From a virus: a DNA stretch of 64,000 nt. Shown piece after piece: positions 54,330 through 64,000 of the stretch (positions within the stretch are counted from its first letter, which is position 1; each line of letters opens with the position of its first letter). A model generated the notes under the pieces. It was not told where the DNA came from, searched no databases, and saw only the letters and a list, made by a program, of their open reading frames with translations. The DNA is taken from positions 1-64,000 of IMG/VR virus record IMGVR_UViG_3300017991_000007. One strand, given 5' to 3'. A program made the translations under genes and the position numbers.

Positions 54330-56762
54330 ATGAAAGACCGTTTTGAATTCGATCTGTTCGTTCAAAAAGCGGAGGAACGGGAGGGCCGTCCTTTCTTGAC
54401 GATCTATGCCACCGATACGGCTGAGGATCAACACAAGGAAAGATGTTCCCGTACTTGTCTTGAACGGATGCAGGATCAAATCAAACGTCATTCCGTTGAC
54501 CTATTGAATTCCCACCATGACGCAGTAGGTATGGGGAAAGCGGTTGATTCCTTCATTGTTGATGCCGGACAATTCGATTCGGAGCTTAACGGGGAAACGG
54601 CTCTACTGGTTGATGTAGAGCTTGATCCCCGTTTTCCGCAAGCGGTTGCGCTGCATGAATCAGCAATGAAGGGGGAGCATAAACATAAATTCTCCATAGG
54701 CGGGCGGCTTAACAGGCAGAATCCAAAACCTTTCTATTATGAGCGTGGTAAGAAAGTGCTTGATGACGTGGAATTAGACCATATCACTGCTTGCCGTGCG
54801 CCCAAAGCGTCAAATCAAAGGACTCACATTGCAGAGGCCGTATTCAAGACTTTGGATATGACTGAGGATGATGAGGTTTTGATTCTTGGGGATACCGAGG
54901 ATGACGGGTTGGAGTTTGATAAGAAAGGTATGGGAGGTCTGTTGCCGATTGGCGATAGAGCAAGACCTTGGGATGCGTCCGGGGCAGTTCGGCGTGTGCG
55001 AGATTGGGCAAACGCCAATGAAAAGCCGAATGCCAAGTATGGACGTGCCTTTCTCTGGCATGACAAGACCAACCCGGATGTATTCGGAGCTTATAAGCTG
55101 CCCTATGCTGATATTGTGAATGGTCAATTGACTGCAATGCCAAGAGGTCTTTTTGCAGCGGCGGCTGCGGTCCAAGGCGCAAGAGGCGGCGTGGACATTC
55201 CTGCGGCTGATAGAGGAATGGTGCAACGAAAGCTTGCCTCTTATTATAGTAAGATGCGGACTCAGTTTGACGATGCCAATATTCAGGTGCCTTGGGCGCA
55301 TGAAATGGCTATTGAGAAAGTCTTTGGGTCTGATTTCTTTACTGTACTCAAATCTTTGGACTCAGCGTACTTTGAGGGTGAAACCGCACCCGCTGGTAAA
55401 GGTCCAAGGGAGCATACCCATAAATTCACCGGACGGTTGAATGGGGAGAGTGGTACGTTAATCGGTATGACTACAAGTTGGTCTGCGGGGGAACGTCACG
55501 CTCATATGGTTGATCTTGTTGGTAAGGATGAGGCGGTAACGGCCCCGGCAAGCAGGGGATTTAATCATACTCACAACTTAGAAATGCCGAGCGTTTCATC
55601 CATTACCGAGAAACAGTTTGACAAGGTTCTAATGGAAGCAGCCAAGGAACTACCGATTATGTTCTTTGGGAATGATAAATTGAAAAAACTTGCAGAAAAG
55701 GCCGTTTCAAGACAAGAGCCGGAAAGCGAGCATGAAATGGATAAGGACAAGATCGAAAACGTAGAGGCGGGCGCACCGGTAGAGGAAACCCCTGATACCG
55801 AGACTATTGATACGCCTGAAAACGCAGAAAGCGAGCAAGCCGCTGAGAGCGTTACCGAGCCGGTTGAAACCGAGACACCCTCTGAGGATGATCCTATGGA
55901 GCTTACCAAAGAGGATACCGGGATTCTGCGTAAGATTGTCAATGCTTTTCGGAGTGATCCGAAAGAGGATAACCGTCCTTTGCAGGATAGGATTATCGAC
56001 GCTGCGGACCATATCACTGAAAACTCAGTTTCGCAGGACAACTTTGATGAGGTTGCGGGCGCAAGCCTTTACCTGTTGAAGCGTCTTACCGGACTTGAGT
56101 TGGACCGTGATGAGCTTGCCGTTAAGTCTGCAAGGCTCTTGAGTCAGCTTGAAATGATTGCGGATAAGGATGCCCCGGTTGCCCTTGAGGTGGAAACGCC
56201 TGAAAGTGTCGATACGGGGGAGCCGTCTGATGACGTGTCCAAAACCACTGAGGACGGGGATACCCCGGAGGACACAGAAACTACTCCAATGGAGGTTGAG
56301 GAAATGAATGCTGAGGAATTAAAAGCCTTTGGCAAGGAGTTGGCAACCGGTTTGGTGGAAGGTCTTACCCCGGCAATTACGCAGGGAGTAGTTGACACAT
56401 TCCGCAAAGAGGGTTTGCTGCCCGCCGCAAAGGAAATCGAAACTGAAACCCCGGCTGAGGCTCCGAAAGAGGCCGCACCGGAAACCACTGAGGCTCCGAA
56501 AGAGGAAACTCCTAAAGAGACTCAGACCCCCGAAACACCGGAAACTGAAACCGAGACACCCGCTGAAACCCCGAATGAGGTTGCCAAGACTAAAGACGTT
56601 TTGGATGAAATTCTGAAAACCGTCCAAGGTCTTGATACCCGCATTACGGAGATTGAGGGACGGCCCGGACCATCCCGCAGCATTGCCGGTCAAGACCCCG
56701 CTCCTGCATTGCCGCAAAAGAAAAACAACGGCATTTTCGCAGGTGCATTGTTTCGGAAATAA
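54330..56762 (+). CDS. Prohead protease fused to insertion domains and scaffold
   Basis: YAT...D.H.ER, H, FSIGG, LDHI.....ASN; acidic TPE-repeat C-terminus. Confidence 0.85.
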   Translation: MKDRFEFDLFVQKAEEREGRPFLTIYATDTAEDQHKERCSRTCLERMQDQIKRHSVDLLNSHHDAVGMGKAVDSFIVDAGQFDSELNGETALLVDVELDPRFPQAVALHESAMKGEHKHKFSIGGRLNRQNPKPFYYERGKKVLDDVELDHITACRAPKASNQRTHIAEAVFKTLDMTEDDEVLILGDTEDDGLEFDKKGMGGLLPIGDRARPWDASGAVRRVRDWANANEKPNAKYGRAFLWHDKTNPDVFGAYKLPYADIVNGQLTAMPRGLFAAAAAVQGARGGVDIPAADRGMVQRKLASYYSKMRTQFDDANIQVPWAHEMAIEKVFGSDFFTVLKSLDSAYFEGETAPAGKGPREHTHKFTGRLNGESGTLIGMTTSWSAGERHAHMVDLVGKDEAVTAPASRGFNHTHNLEMPSVSSITEKQFDKVLMEAAKELPIMFFGNDKLKKLAEKAVSRQEPESEHEMDKDKIENVEAGAPVEETPDTETIDTPENAESEQAAESVTEPVETETPSEDDPMELTKEDTGILRKIVNAFRSDPKEDNRPLQDRIIDAADHITENSVSQDNFDEVAGASLYLLKRLTGLELDRDELAVKSARLLSQLEMIADKDAPVALEVETPESVDTGEPSDDVSKTTEDGDTPEDTETTPMEVEEMNAEELKAFGKELATGLVEGLTPAITQGVVDTFRKEGLLPAAKEIETETPAEAPKEAAPETTEAPKEETPKETQTPETPETETETPAETPNEVAKTKDVLDEILKTVQGLDTRITEIEGRPGPSRSIAGQDPAPALPQKKNNGIFAGALFRK

Positions 56763-56832
56763 GCTAGGGTAAAACTTGGCTTAAAAGAGACTAAGGTATT
56801 GATCTGTAAACACATTTCTATAGGAGGCTGCA

Positions 56833-58146
56833 ATGCCTAACGAGAATGAACAAATTGTAGAGAAAACAATCTCTACCGATATGATGCTTACGGGTGGTCG
56901 CCTGAATCCGGTCCAGCAGGATGCGTTTGTCCAGTTGGTGAAAGACAACTCCGTAATGCTGGCAATGGTCCGCTACGAGCAAATGGCCGTTTCCAGAAAG
57001 CAGATTGACAAGCTCTACATTGGTGAGCCTGTTACCGCCGGTATCGCTGAAAACATCTGCACCAACAACGATTCCCGCACCGTCTTTGATCAGGTCAACC
57101 TGAATGCGGATAAGCTGAAATCCGATTGGTCCATTACCACGGAAACCTTGCAGGAAAACATCGAAGGTGAAAACTTCGAGGATACCGTGATGGATATGAT
57201 GACCAAGCGTATCGCTACCGATATTGAACTGCTTGGAATTCAGGGTGATACCAACATTACGCCGGGTACCCCGCTTACCAACTTGCTTTCCGTTGCGGAC
57301 GGTTGGGATAAGCTGACTGATTCCTCTCATCTGCTTGACGCTGCGGGTGCTACCATTGAGAAAGAAATCTTTGCGGGCGCAATCCGCAAGATGCCGGAAC
57401 AGTACCTCCAAGACCCGGATTTGCGCTGGTTCATGCCCCGCTCGGTTGCTACCGATTGGGCTGAGTACCTTGCATCCCGTGAAACCGTTGGTGGTGACGC
57501 TGCCCTGAGTGGAAATTCCATGCGTCCGTTTGGCTATCCCGTCACAATCGTTCCCAATATGCCTCAGCGTAAGCCGCTTGCGGCGGGTGCTGCTACCCCG
57601 GCTCTTGTTACCGGCGGTGAATTCGCACCTTATGAGGTCATTGCGGGCGTGAATGATGCAGTCACAATCAACGTGGACGGCGGCGGCAATGTTGCAGTCA
57701 CCATTCCGGCGGGCGTTTATACGGTAGTCGAGTTCATCCCGGTCCTGCGGGCTGCGATGATTGCTACCGGCGCAACCGGTATCGCTGCGAGTGCTGCCCT
57801 GAATATGTATGATGATGGAGAGGGCCGGGTTGTATTCCAGACCGTTGCAACCGGAGCCGCATCAAGCATTCAGTTCGTGGCTGTTGCCAACGATATGTAC
57901 GATGAGCTTGGAGTGACCGCTGCAACCACAACCGGAGCCGATTCCGGCGGTGATACCAACGATGGTACAATCATGTGGTTGGCGAATCCCCGCAACTTCA
58001 TTTACGGTATGGTTGATGACACCCGTATCTACACCGAATTCAACAAAGATTGTGACCGTCACGAATTCGTGATCTACAATCAGGTCGCATACAACATTGA
58101 GAATACGGACGCTATCGTTAAGGTGATCAACCTGAAACGTGGTTAA
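56833..58146 (+). CDS. Major capsid protein (HK97 fold) with insertion
   Basis: GGRLNP.Q...F, LQENIEG..FE, D.ELL...GD, NP.N.I.G; follows the protease. Confidence 0.9.
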   Translation: MPNENEQIVEKTISTDMMLTGGRLNPVQQDAFVQLVKDNSVMLAMVRYEQMAVSRKQIDKLYIGEPVTAGIAENICTNNDSRTVFDQVNLNADKLKSDWSITTETLQENIEGENFEDTVMDMMTKRIATDIELLGIQGDTNITPGTPLTNLLSVADGWDKLTDSSHLLDAAGATIEKEIFAGAIRKMPEQYLQDPDLRWFMPRSVATDWAEYLASRETVGGDAALSGNSMRPFGYPVTIVPNMPQRKPLAAGAATPALVTGGEFAPYEVIAGVNDAVTINVDGGGNVAVTIPAGVYTVVEFIPVLRAAMIATGATGIAASAALNMYDDGEGRVVFQTVATGAASSIQFVAVANDMYDELGVTAATTTGADSGGDTNDGTIMWLANPRNFIYGMVDDTRIYTEFNKDCDRHEFVIYNQVAYNIENTDAIVKVINLKRG

Positions 58147-58164
58147 TCTCTGATTCCCTGAAAG

Positions 58165-58196
58165 GTGGGGGCTGAAATATGCCCCCGGCCTTTTTA
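58165..58196 (+). terminator. Terminator after the capsid gene
   Basis: GGGGGC...GCCCCC then TTTTT. Confidence 0.6.
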
Positions 58197-58217
58197 ACCA
58201 GTTTTAGGGAGTAAACA

Positions 58218-58715
58218 ATGGCTGAAAAGCACTACTACCGACCCGAAAGCAAGAAACTCAGCATTCACTTGCCGAGTGGAAAATTCTGCCTGTTCTATCA
58301 CAAAAACCCTCAGAGGAATGTGATTACGGATGAGCGGGATATTGCTTACTTGGGTAAAATCGACAATATCCATGAAGTAGTACAACTTCCAGACGGACGT
58401 TGGGTACGCAAGCCGGACGGCGGTGTGAATCCCGCAAGAGGCGTTGTGATCGAATCCCAAGAGCCTGAGAGTGTGCCAAGTGGGGCAGAACACCCCTTAG
58501 CCAAGCAGCTTGAGGATGAGCCGCCTTTGCCTGAGACTGAGGATGATGAGTCCGATAGTGACGATGATGACGGCTATTCCAAAGAGGATTTAGAGGCTTT
58601 TACCAAAGATGAACTACTTGAGCTTGCGGATGAGGATTTTTCCGACCTTGAGCTTAAATCGTCAATGAAAAAAGCCGATATGGTTGACGCAATCTTAAAG
58701 GCACAAGACAAGTAA
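58218..58715 (+). CDS. Head-module protein with C-terminal Rho-N/HeH-like motif
   Basis: TKDELLELA......L.SSMKKADMVDAIL. Confidence 0.65.
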   Translation: MAEKHYYRPESKKLSIHLPSGKFCLFYHKNPQRNVITDERDIAYLGKIDNIHEVVQLPDGRWVRKPDGGVNPARGVVIESQEPESVPSGAEHPLAKQLEDEPPLPETEDDESDSDDDDGYSKEDLEAFTKDELLELADEDFSDLELKSSMKKADMVDAILKAQDK

Positions 58716-58738
58716 CATTTTGAAAAGGGATAATCAGT

Positions 58739-59839
58739 GTGCTTCCGGTATTCAGATATGCTACCATTCAGCAAATTAAGGATAGGATCAACCCTGAGTT
58801 ATTAGTTGATCCAGGTCCACCCCCGGAAACCATCATTTCTGATTCCCAAATTCTTGAGCGCATACAAGCTGCGTCCATGATGATCAATAAATGGACTAAG
58901 CAGTATTTCCAGCCTGTTCCACAAATCTACCGAGTTAGCGCAAGAGGTGATCGGCTTTTGACCGGACCTCAAATGCTACCTTTTATTGTTCTCAAGCAAA
59001 TCGGAATGATTGATGATAGAACAACCGGGCAGTTTGAGGGTGCTAATCGGGTGATTCCTGATTCTATTGCCCCTGAAAGAGTGTACCAGTGGCGAACAGG
59101 CGGGCGTTGTGCGTGTACCATTCCCCTTTATTATGACCGTGGCTCTATCAGGTGGGGAGAGGTTGCTTGGGAGCTTGGAAGTCGTACTATTGAAATGATT
59201 GTACGTCAACACGGCTTTACCCGTGGGTATCGTAACGTGGAAATGACGGGTTGGTGGGCTTGGTTGGAAAACTACAAGGTAGTTGAAACCGAGCTTACTC
59301 AAGCTATTCCGGGCGGGTCTGGAAATGTAACTCAAATCAGGATCAAAGATGCCGTTGATGCAAATAGCGGTGACTTTATTGAGGTGGGTGACACCCTTGT
59401 TTTGGACGTAAAGCCCGTGTCAGGTTCGTTGATCCCCACTCATATTGAACCTGTAATAGTGCAAGAGATTGCAGAGGGTACCGGGGAGTACCAAGTTAAT
59501 ATTGATCCGCTGCGGACCTATCCTTTTGAGATTCCCGTTGGTGCGCCGGTTTATTGTTATGGACGTACACCGTCTGCCCTTGCGGACGTGACTCAGTTTT
59601 TGGCGGTCAAGCTGATAGAGGGGCTTTCCGCTGAGATAACCGGTGATCCAGTAACCTCAGCATCCTCTCAAGGCATGTTGATTTCGGAAAGGACTGACAA
59701 CTATAACTACACTCTTGCGGACGTAAGCGGTAGCTCTAAATCGAATTTTGGGAGCCTTGGTAAGTACACTGGTTCCCCACGCATGGATTTGGTGCTTAGG
59801 GAGTTTGCACAACCCACGGTAGCAGTGAGTTTGATATAA
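58739..59839 (+). CDS. Head-tail adaptor
   Basis: YAT...IK, I..AS.MI..WT...F, SERTDNY.YT. Confidence 0.7.
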   Translation: MLPVFRYATIQQIKDRINPELLVDPGPPPETIISDSQILERIQAASMMINKWTKQYFQPVPQIYRVSARGDRLLTGPQMLPFIVLKQIGMIDDRTTGQFEGANRVIPDSIAPERVYQWRTGGRCACTIPLYYDRGSIRWGEVAWELGSRTIEMIVRQHGFTRGYRNVEMTGWWAWLENYKVVETELTQAIPGGSGNVTQIRIKDAVDANSGDFIEVGDTLVLDVKPVSGSLIPTHIEPVIVQEIAEGTGEYQVNIDPLRTYPFEIPVGAPVYCYGRTPSALADVTQFLAVKLIEGLSAEITGDPVTSASSQGMLISERTDNYNYTLADVSGSSKSNFGSLGKYTGSPRMDLVLREFAQPTVAVSLI

Positions 59840-60249
59840 TGGCTATTCCGCATCGTTATAATCCGGTCAACTGCCAATACAAGAGATTCTTGCCGGGTAG
59901 TACCCGTGTTGATGATGATTGGGGAGAGCCGAAAGTGGGGGCTGAGAAACAATATTCAGACCCTATTGATATTGTCGCTCAAATTGCATGGACAAATAAA
60001 GAGCGACGGGAAAGAGCCGTTACCGGTGATCCCTCCAATTCGGATGGTCACTTGTGCCTAAAGAGGGCTGTAGTATTGTCAAATGGGTGGGTATTCGCTA
60101 AAGGCGATATCATTACAAGTATTGCCGATTTTCCAGTGAATCTCACTATCATAGAAGTGCGTCCGTCCGGTCATTTGAGAGGTAAGGCAAATCTGCTTAT
60201 GCTATACTTTAAGGAAAATGAGGAAACCAACCCGGTTTTAAGGAGATAA
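59839..60249 (+). CDS. Head closure/stopper protein
   Basis: DDDWGEP motif; position after the adaptor. Confidence 0.65.
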   Translation: MAIPHRYNPVNCQYKRFLPGSTRVDDDWGEPKVGAEKQYSDPIDIVAQIAWTNKERRERAVTGDPSNSDGHLCLKRAVVLSNGWVFAKGDIITSIADFPVNLTIIEVRPSGHLRGKANLLMLYFKENEETNPVLRR

Positions 60250-60251
60250 AG

Positions 60252-60605
60252 ATGCCAGCTAATATTATGAAATTTACGCATTCCGTTCCCGCAGGGCAGC
60301 AACTTGATGGTACGCCGGGTAAGGGTGAATTCGTTGAATTGGACGCTCAAGAAACCGGTTGCATCGTTTCTCAGATTGCGGTTGCGGTAGGGACCGGAGC
60401 GGCTACAACCGTGAATATCTATCTCAGACAATACGGCGTAACGCCTGATATTCCTATTGTAAAACAAGCTCTTTTATCCACTGAGGAAGCTTATTTCCTT
60501 TCGGATGTAAAACTTATGATAGGTCCAAAAGACCGAATCGTTATTGAAACCACTGGCTGCATAAACCGAGTCTATGCGACGATTTATGTAAATTCCAAGG
60601 CATAA
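60252..60605 (+). CDS. Putative virion protein
   Basis: Beta-rich ORF in the structural operon. Confidence 0.55.
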   Translation: MPANIMKFTHSVPAGQQLDGTPGKGEFVELDAQETGCIVSQIAVAVGTGAATTVNIYLRQYGVTPDIPIVKQALLSTEEAYFLSDVKLMIGPKDRIVIETTGCINRVYATIYVNSKA

Positions 60606-60618
60606 TAGGGGGAAAGCC

Positions 60619-63600
60619 ATGCAACAATCAGGTTCCGGGTTCATTCAGTATCCCCCTATTGAGGTTAATGCCGTTCAAATTCAAGGCATTCCCGTTGCTC
60701 CACCCCCGCCAACAGACGGTGATATCATGGTCTATGATGGTGGGACGGGCATATGGGATTATACTAACTATCAGTCCGGGTTGACCTATCGGGGCGGGTG
60801 GGATGCCAATACCAACACTCCAAACATTATCACCATTGGAAAAAGTGCGAATGACTATTGGATTGTTACCGTTGCAGGGTCCACTGATTTAGGCGGCGGG
60901 CCGGGTACGGATTCTTGGGCAATTGGTGATTGGGCAGTATGGAATGGTACCCAATTCGATAAGGTGGATAACTCTGCAAATGTCACCTCAGTAAATACGC
61001 AAACCGGGGCAGTTGTACTTGATACGGATGATATCTCTGAGGGTGCTACCAATAAGTATTACTCGGATGCTCTTGTAGCTCTTGCCCCTGCGGTAGTTGC
61101 GAATACGGCCAAAGTGTCTGCGGACGGCTCGGTAACTACTCATTCAGACGTGACAAGTGCGGGGTCCGGCCAAATCATTACCACGGGTGAAAGAAACAAG
61201 CTGATAGGTATTGAGGCCGGGGCGCAAGTCAACACTGTAGATTCAGTCAACACGAAAACCGGGGCAGTTGTACTCAATGCTGCGGACGTGGGAGCGGATG
61301 CTGCGGGTACTGCGGCGGCTGCTATTTCGACACACGAAAGTACCTATGACCATACCAAGATTGCTCATACAAACCGGGCGGTCTTGGACGGTATTTCCGG
61401 TGTAGGTAGTGGGTCTATTATCACCGTTGCTGAAAGATCAAAGCTTACTAATATTGAGGCCGGGGCTGAGGTCAATAAGGCTTACCCGGTTATCAGCGTC
61501 AATACTACAACCCCGCCGGGTGGTACTCCGTCTGCGGGAAATCGTTATATTGTAGGTCCGGGTGCTACCGGCGCATGGTTAGGGCATGACAATGAGCTTG
61601 CCATTGCGGATGGTGCGGGTGGTTGGACTTTCAGGATAGAGCCAAATGGTGTGCGGGTTTATAGCACGTCACAAGCCCGTTTCTACTTTTATGATAATGT
61701 TACCGGTACTTGGATTTTAGAGGATTCTATAATCCAGCATAATAGTTTGAACACTTCTACTGGTATTCAGGGCGGCTCTGCTACTGAGAGGTATCACCTT
61801 GCCCTCACTGAATATACTACTTTGAGGGGTGGGAGTGCGGATGCCTCAAGTCTGCATAATCATGCCTCTCTTTATGCCCCAATTGGACACGTTGGAGCGG
61901 GCGGGGCCGCACACGCTCTTGTGACTATAACAGTTGCCGGTTTTATGAGTGCGGCTGATAAAGTCAAACTGAATGGGATCACTGCGGGGGCAGAACCTAA
62001 TGCAGTTGATTCAGTTAATACTCAGACCGGGGCAGTCGTTTTAGATTACACGGATGTTGGAGCGGACCCTGCGGGTGCGGGAGCGGCGGCTGTTGCAACC
62101 CATGAATCAACCTATGACCATACTTTACTCCATGATCCCGTCACTCTCGGAACTGCCAACGGTTTAGGTTTGAGTGGGGTTGGCGGTCAAGTGCTATCGC
62201 TTGCACTCGCAACGCCCTCTACTGCGGGGGCAATGAGCGCAACCGACAAAACGAACCTGAATACTTTGACCGGCGGCGGGGAAACTTCTCTGCATGAACA
62301 CCCCACAAGTGCTATCAACATGCCGGTTATCGGTACGCCAACGTATGACACGCTCAAAGACCTTATTGATACGCTGCAATCTGCGGCTGCAATCTCAGGT
62401 GGGGTCATTTCGGATGCCGGGTCCGGGCAGATCAATGTGACTGCGGGTACCGGAGTTATCAAGACAACGGATTCAGACGTTGGAGAAAACCGATTCTTTG
62501 ATTGGTCCGCTGCAACGGGTGTAGCTCTTACGGACAACTCAATAAATTGGGTGTACGTGGATTACAATGCGGGAAGCCCTCAAATAGCGGTGACTGCCTC
62601 ATTTTCCGGGTTGAATCTACACACTCATGTAGTGCTTGGAAGGGTGTACCGGGAAGGTACCGCCCTGCATTTTGTGAATGTGGGGATGTATTTTGCGGAC
62701 TATATGCGTAAGGACTGCTTGAAATCCTTTGAGGTCAACGGCGTTCAAAGAGCGTCCGGTATTATTGTCTCAGAAACGGGTACCAGAAACATTGCGATTA
62801 CGGCGGGTGTCCTTTGGTGCGGTCCTAATAGGCTGACTTTCCCCGCTTTTGATTCGTCCGGTGCGGATACTTTCGACTACTGGTACCGAAATTCACCGTC
62901 CGGGTGGCTCAAACAAACGGCTCAAAGTCAAATCAGTAACACACAGTATGATGACGGGTCTGGTACGCTTCAAAACCTCACCGTCAATAGGTATGGTGTT
63001 GCGTGGGTTTATGCTGCTTTGGACGGGCATGTTGATGTGCTTTATGGGCAGGGAAACTATGCTACTCTTGCGGCGGCTGAAAACGCTACCCCTCCAAGCT
63101 CGGTACCGGGTATAGTTGAAAACTTTGGGATTCTTGCTGCTAAGATCATTATTCAGCAAGGCGCAAGTGTATTTACCGTTTTGGAAAGTGCCTTTGACAC
63201 TGAGTTTGGTGGTACGCAGATACCGGATCATAATCAATTGGGCGGCTTGCAGGGCGGGTCTGCCACTGAGAGATATCACCTTACCCTTGCACAATTAAAT
63301 GGTCTGAGTGCGCTTGGCGATATTCATACTGCATCCGATGAAACTGAAAGTTCTACAACGGCAACAAGCGCACAAAACAAGCTCACCACACCTTTCACCC
63401 CGGCTTATACTGGCAATTATAAGGTGGAATGGTCGTTTGAGGTTGCTTGTAGCGATAAGGATAAGCCCACTGCCTCTACTGTTACCTTTAATGATGGTGG
63501 GGGTGGGGGTGATGTGGAAGTAGAAAAAGCCGTTTCAAACGTGTCGCAAGATAATCAAAAATATGTAAATGGGGGGTGGTTTCCGATTTCAGGCTTTAAG

Positions 63601-63711
63601 GTGGTTGCTCTAACCGCCTCACAAGCTACGTCCACTAAGGTAAATTGGTGGCAAACCAGTGATAAAACTTCCTATATTCGCCGTGTAAGGGTAGTAATTA
63701 CAAAACTTTAA
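60619..63711 (+). CDS. Large fibre-like virion protein
   Basis: Repeats V.SVNT.TGAVVL (x3), QGGSATERYHL (x2), HESTYDH (x2); DUF2793-like RYIVG.GATGAW.GHDN. Confidence 0.75.
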   Translation: MQQSGSGFIQYPPIEVNAVQIQGIPVAPPPPTDGDIMVYDGGTGIWDYTNYQSGLTYRGGWDANTNTPNIITIGKSANDYWIVTVAGSTDLGGGPGTDSWAIGDWAVWNGTQFDKVDNSANVTSVNTQTGAVVLDTDDISEGATNKYYSDALVALAPAVVANTAKVSADGSVTTHSDVTSAGSGQIITTGERNKLIGIEAGAQVNTVDSVNTKTGAVVLNAADVGADAAGTAAAAISTHESTYDHTKIAHTNRAVLDGISGVGSGSIITVAERSKLTNIEAGAEVNKAYPVISVNTTTPPGGTPSAGNRYIVGPGATGAWLGHDNELAIADGAGGWTFRIEPNGVRVYSTSQARFYFYDNVTGTWILEDSIIQHNSLNTSTGIQGGSATERYHLALTEYTTLRGGSADASSLHNHASLYAPIGHVGAGGAAHALVTITVAGFMSAADKVKLNGITAGAEPNAVDSVNTQTGAVVLDYTDVGADPAGAGAAAVATHESTYDHTLLHDPVTLGTANGLGLSGVGGQVLSLALATPSTAGAMSATDKTNLNTLTGGGETSLHEHPTSAINMPVIGTPTYDTLKDLIDTLQSAAAISGGVISDAGSGQINVTAGTGVIKTTDSDVGENRFFDWSAATGVALTDNSINWVYVDYNAGSPQIAVTASFSGLNLHTHVVLGRVYREGTALHFVNVGMYFADYMRKDCLKSFEVNGVQRASGIIVSETGTRNIAITAGVLWCGPNRLTFPAFDSSGADTFDYWYRNSPSGWLKQTAQSQISNTQYDDGSGTLQNLTVNRYGVAWVYAALDGHVDVLYGQGNYATLAAAENATPPSSVPGIVENFGILAAKIIIQQGASVFTVLESAFDTEFGGTQIPDHNQLGGLQGGSATERYHLTLAQLNGLSALGDIHTASDETESSTTATSAQNKLTTPFTPAYTGNYKVEWSFEVACSDKDKPTASTVTFNDGGGGGDVEVEKAVSNVSQDNQKYVNGGWFPISGFKVVALTASQATSTKVNWWQTSDKTSYIRRVRVVITKL

Positions 63712-63721
63712 GGGGTAGGGC

Positions 63722-63925
63722 ATGGAATACGATTATGAAAATATAACCGAATCCCCGGATTTGGATGCTATCACTTTGGCAATATCGGTTTCTGCCATGA
63801 CGGACAAGAATTTGGATTATCTCAGGTGGGATGAGAGTATTGCCACTCTGCATGTAGCTTGGCAGGATGAGCTTTCAGCCGGGGATAAGGCAATCTTGGA
63901 TCAAATTGTAGCGGACAACACATAA
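63722..63925 (+). CDS. Small fibre-associated protein
   Basis: Directly after the fibre gene; LS..DK.ILD.IVA. Confidence 0.6.
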   Translation: MEYDYENITESPDLDAITLAISVSAMTDKNLDYLRWDESIATLHVAWQDELSAGDKAILDQIVADNT

Positions 63926-63934
63926 GGGGTTGAA

Positions 63935-64000
63935 ATGGCTGATAAATACACGCTTGTAAAAACTTGTGATGGTGATCATGCAGACCATACCCCGCCGGGT
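63935..64000 (+). CDS. Start of next structural ORF (truncated)
   Basis: AGGGG RBS; MADKYTLVK... Confidence 0.45.
   Translation, partial: MADKYTLVKTCDGDHADHTPPG

Noticed and set aside
1-64000. Genome-wide TAG reassignment
   Set aside because: Core genes are full length in the standard code and most TAG stops are followed by a new RBS and start.

Overview
This is a 64-kb segment of a large tailed dsDNA phage genome (Caudoviricetes). No host housekeeping operons and no integrase are seen. Left to right it carries: recombination genes (RecA-like C-terminus, PD-(D/E)XK resolvase, Cas4-like nuclease, RuvC-like resolvase); a DUF4417-like/ParB/terminase block; an amidase endolysin; about 35 kb of small accessory genes behind sigma70-type promoters; nucleotide metabolism genes (RNase H, NUDIX, dCTP deaminase, class II RNR); and the head module (portal, protease/scaffold, major capsid, adaptor, closure, large fibre protein). 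All family calls come from motifs recognised by eye, not from database searches. Five patterns stand out. (1) Twelve otherwise dissimilar small proteins share a C-terminal tag (h-A-x-V-R-x-I/V, one copy A-K-A-K-T-I), and several look like degenerate fragments of virion proteins. (2) Six proteins share an N-terminal MAKG(R/A)x(1-2)GG leader; one lies two genes upstream of the DUF4417-like gene. (3) A repeated palindrome TGCAA-N4-TTGCA sits exactly 8 bp upstream of -35 boxes, with a conserved leader and a G-rich RBS. (4) Two related putative small RNAs are complementary to those leaders/RBSs. (5) There is an amber (CUA) tRNA plus several structured non-coding regions.
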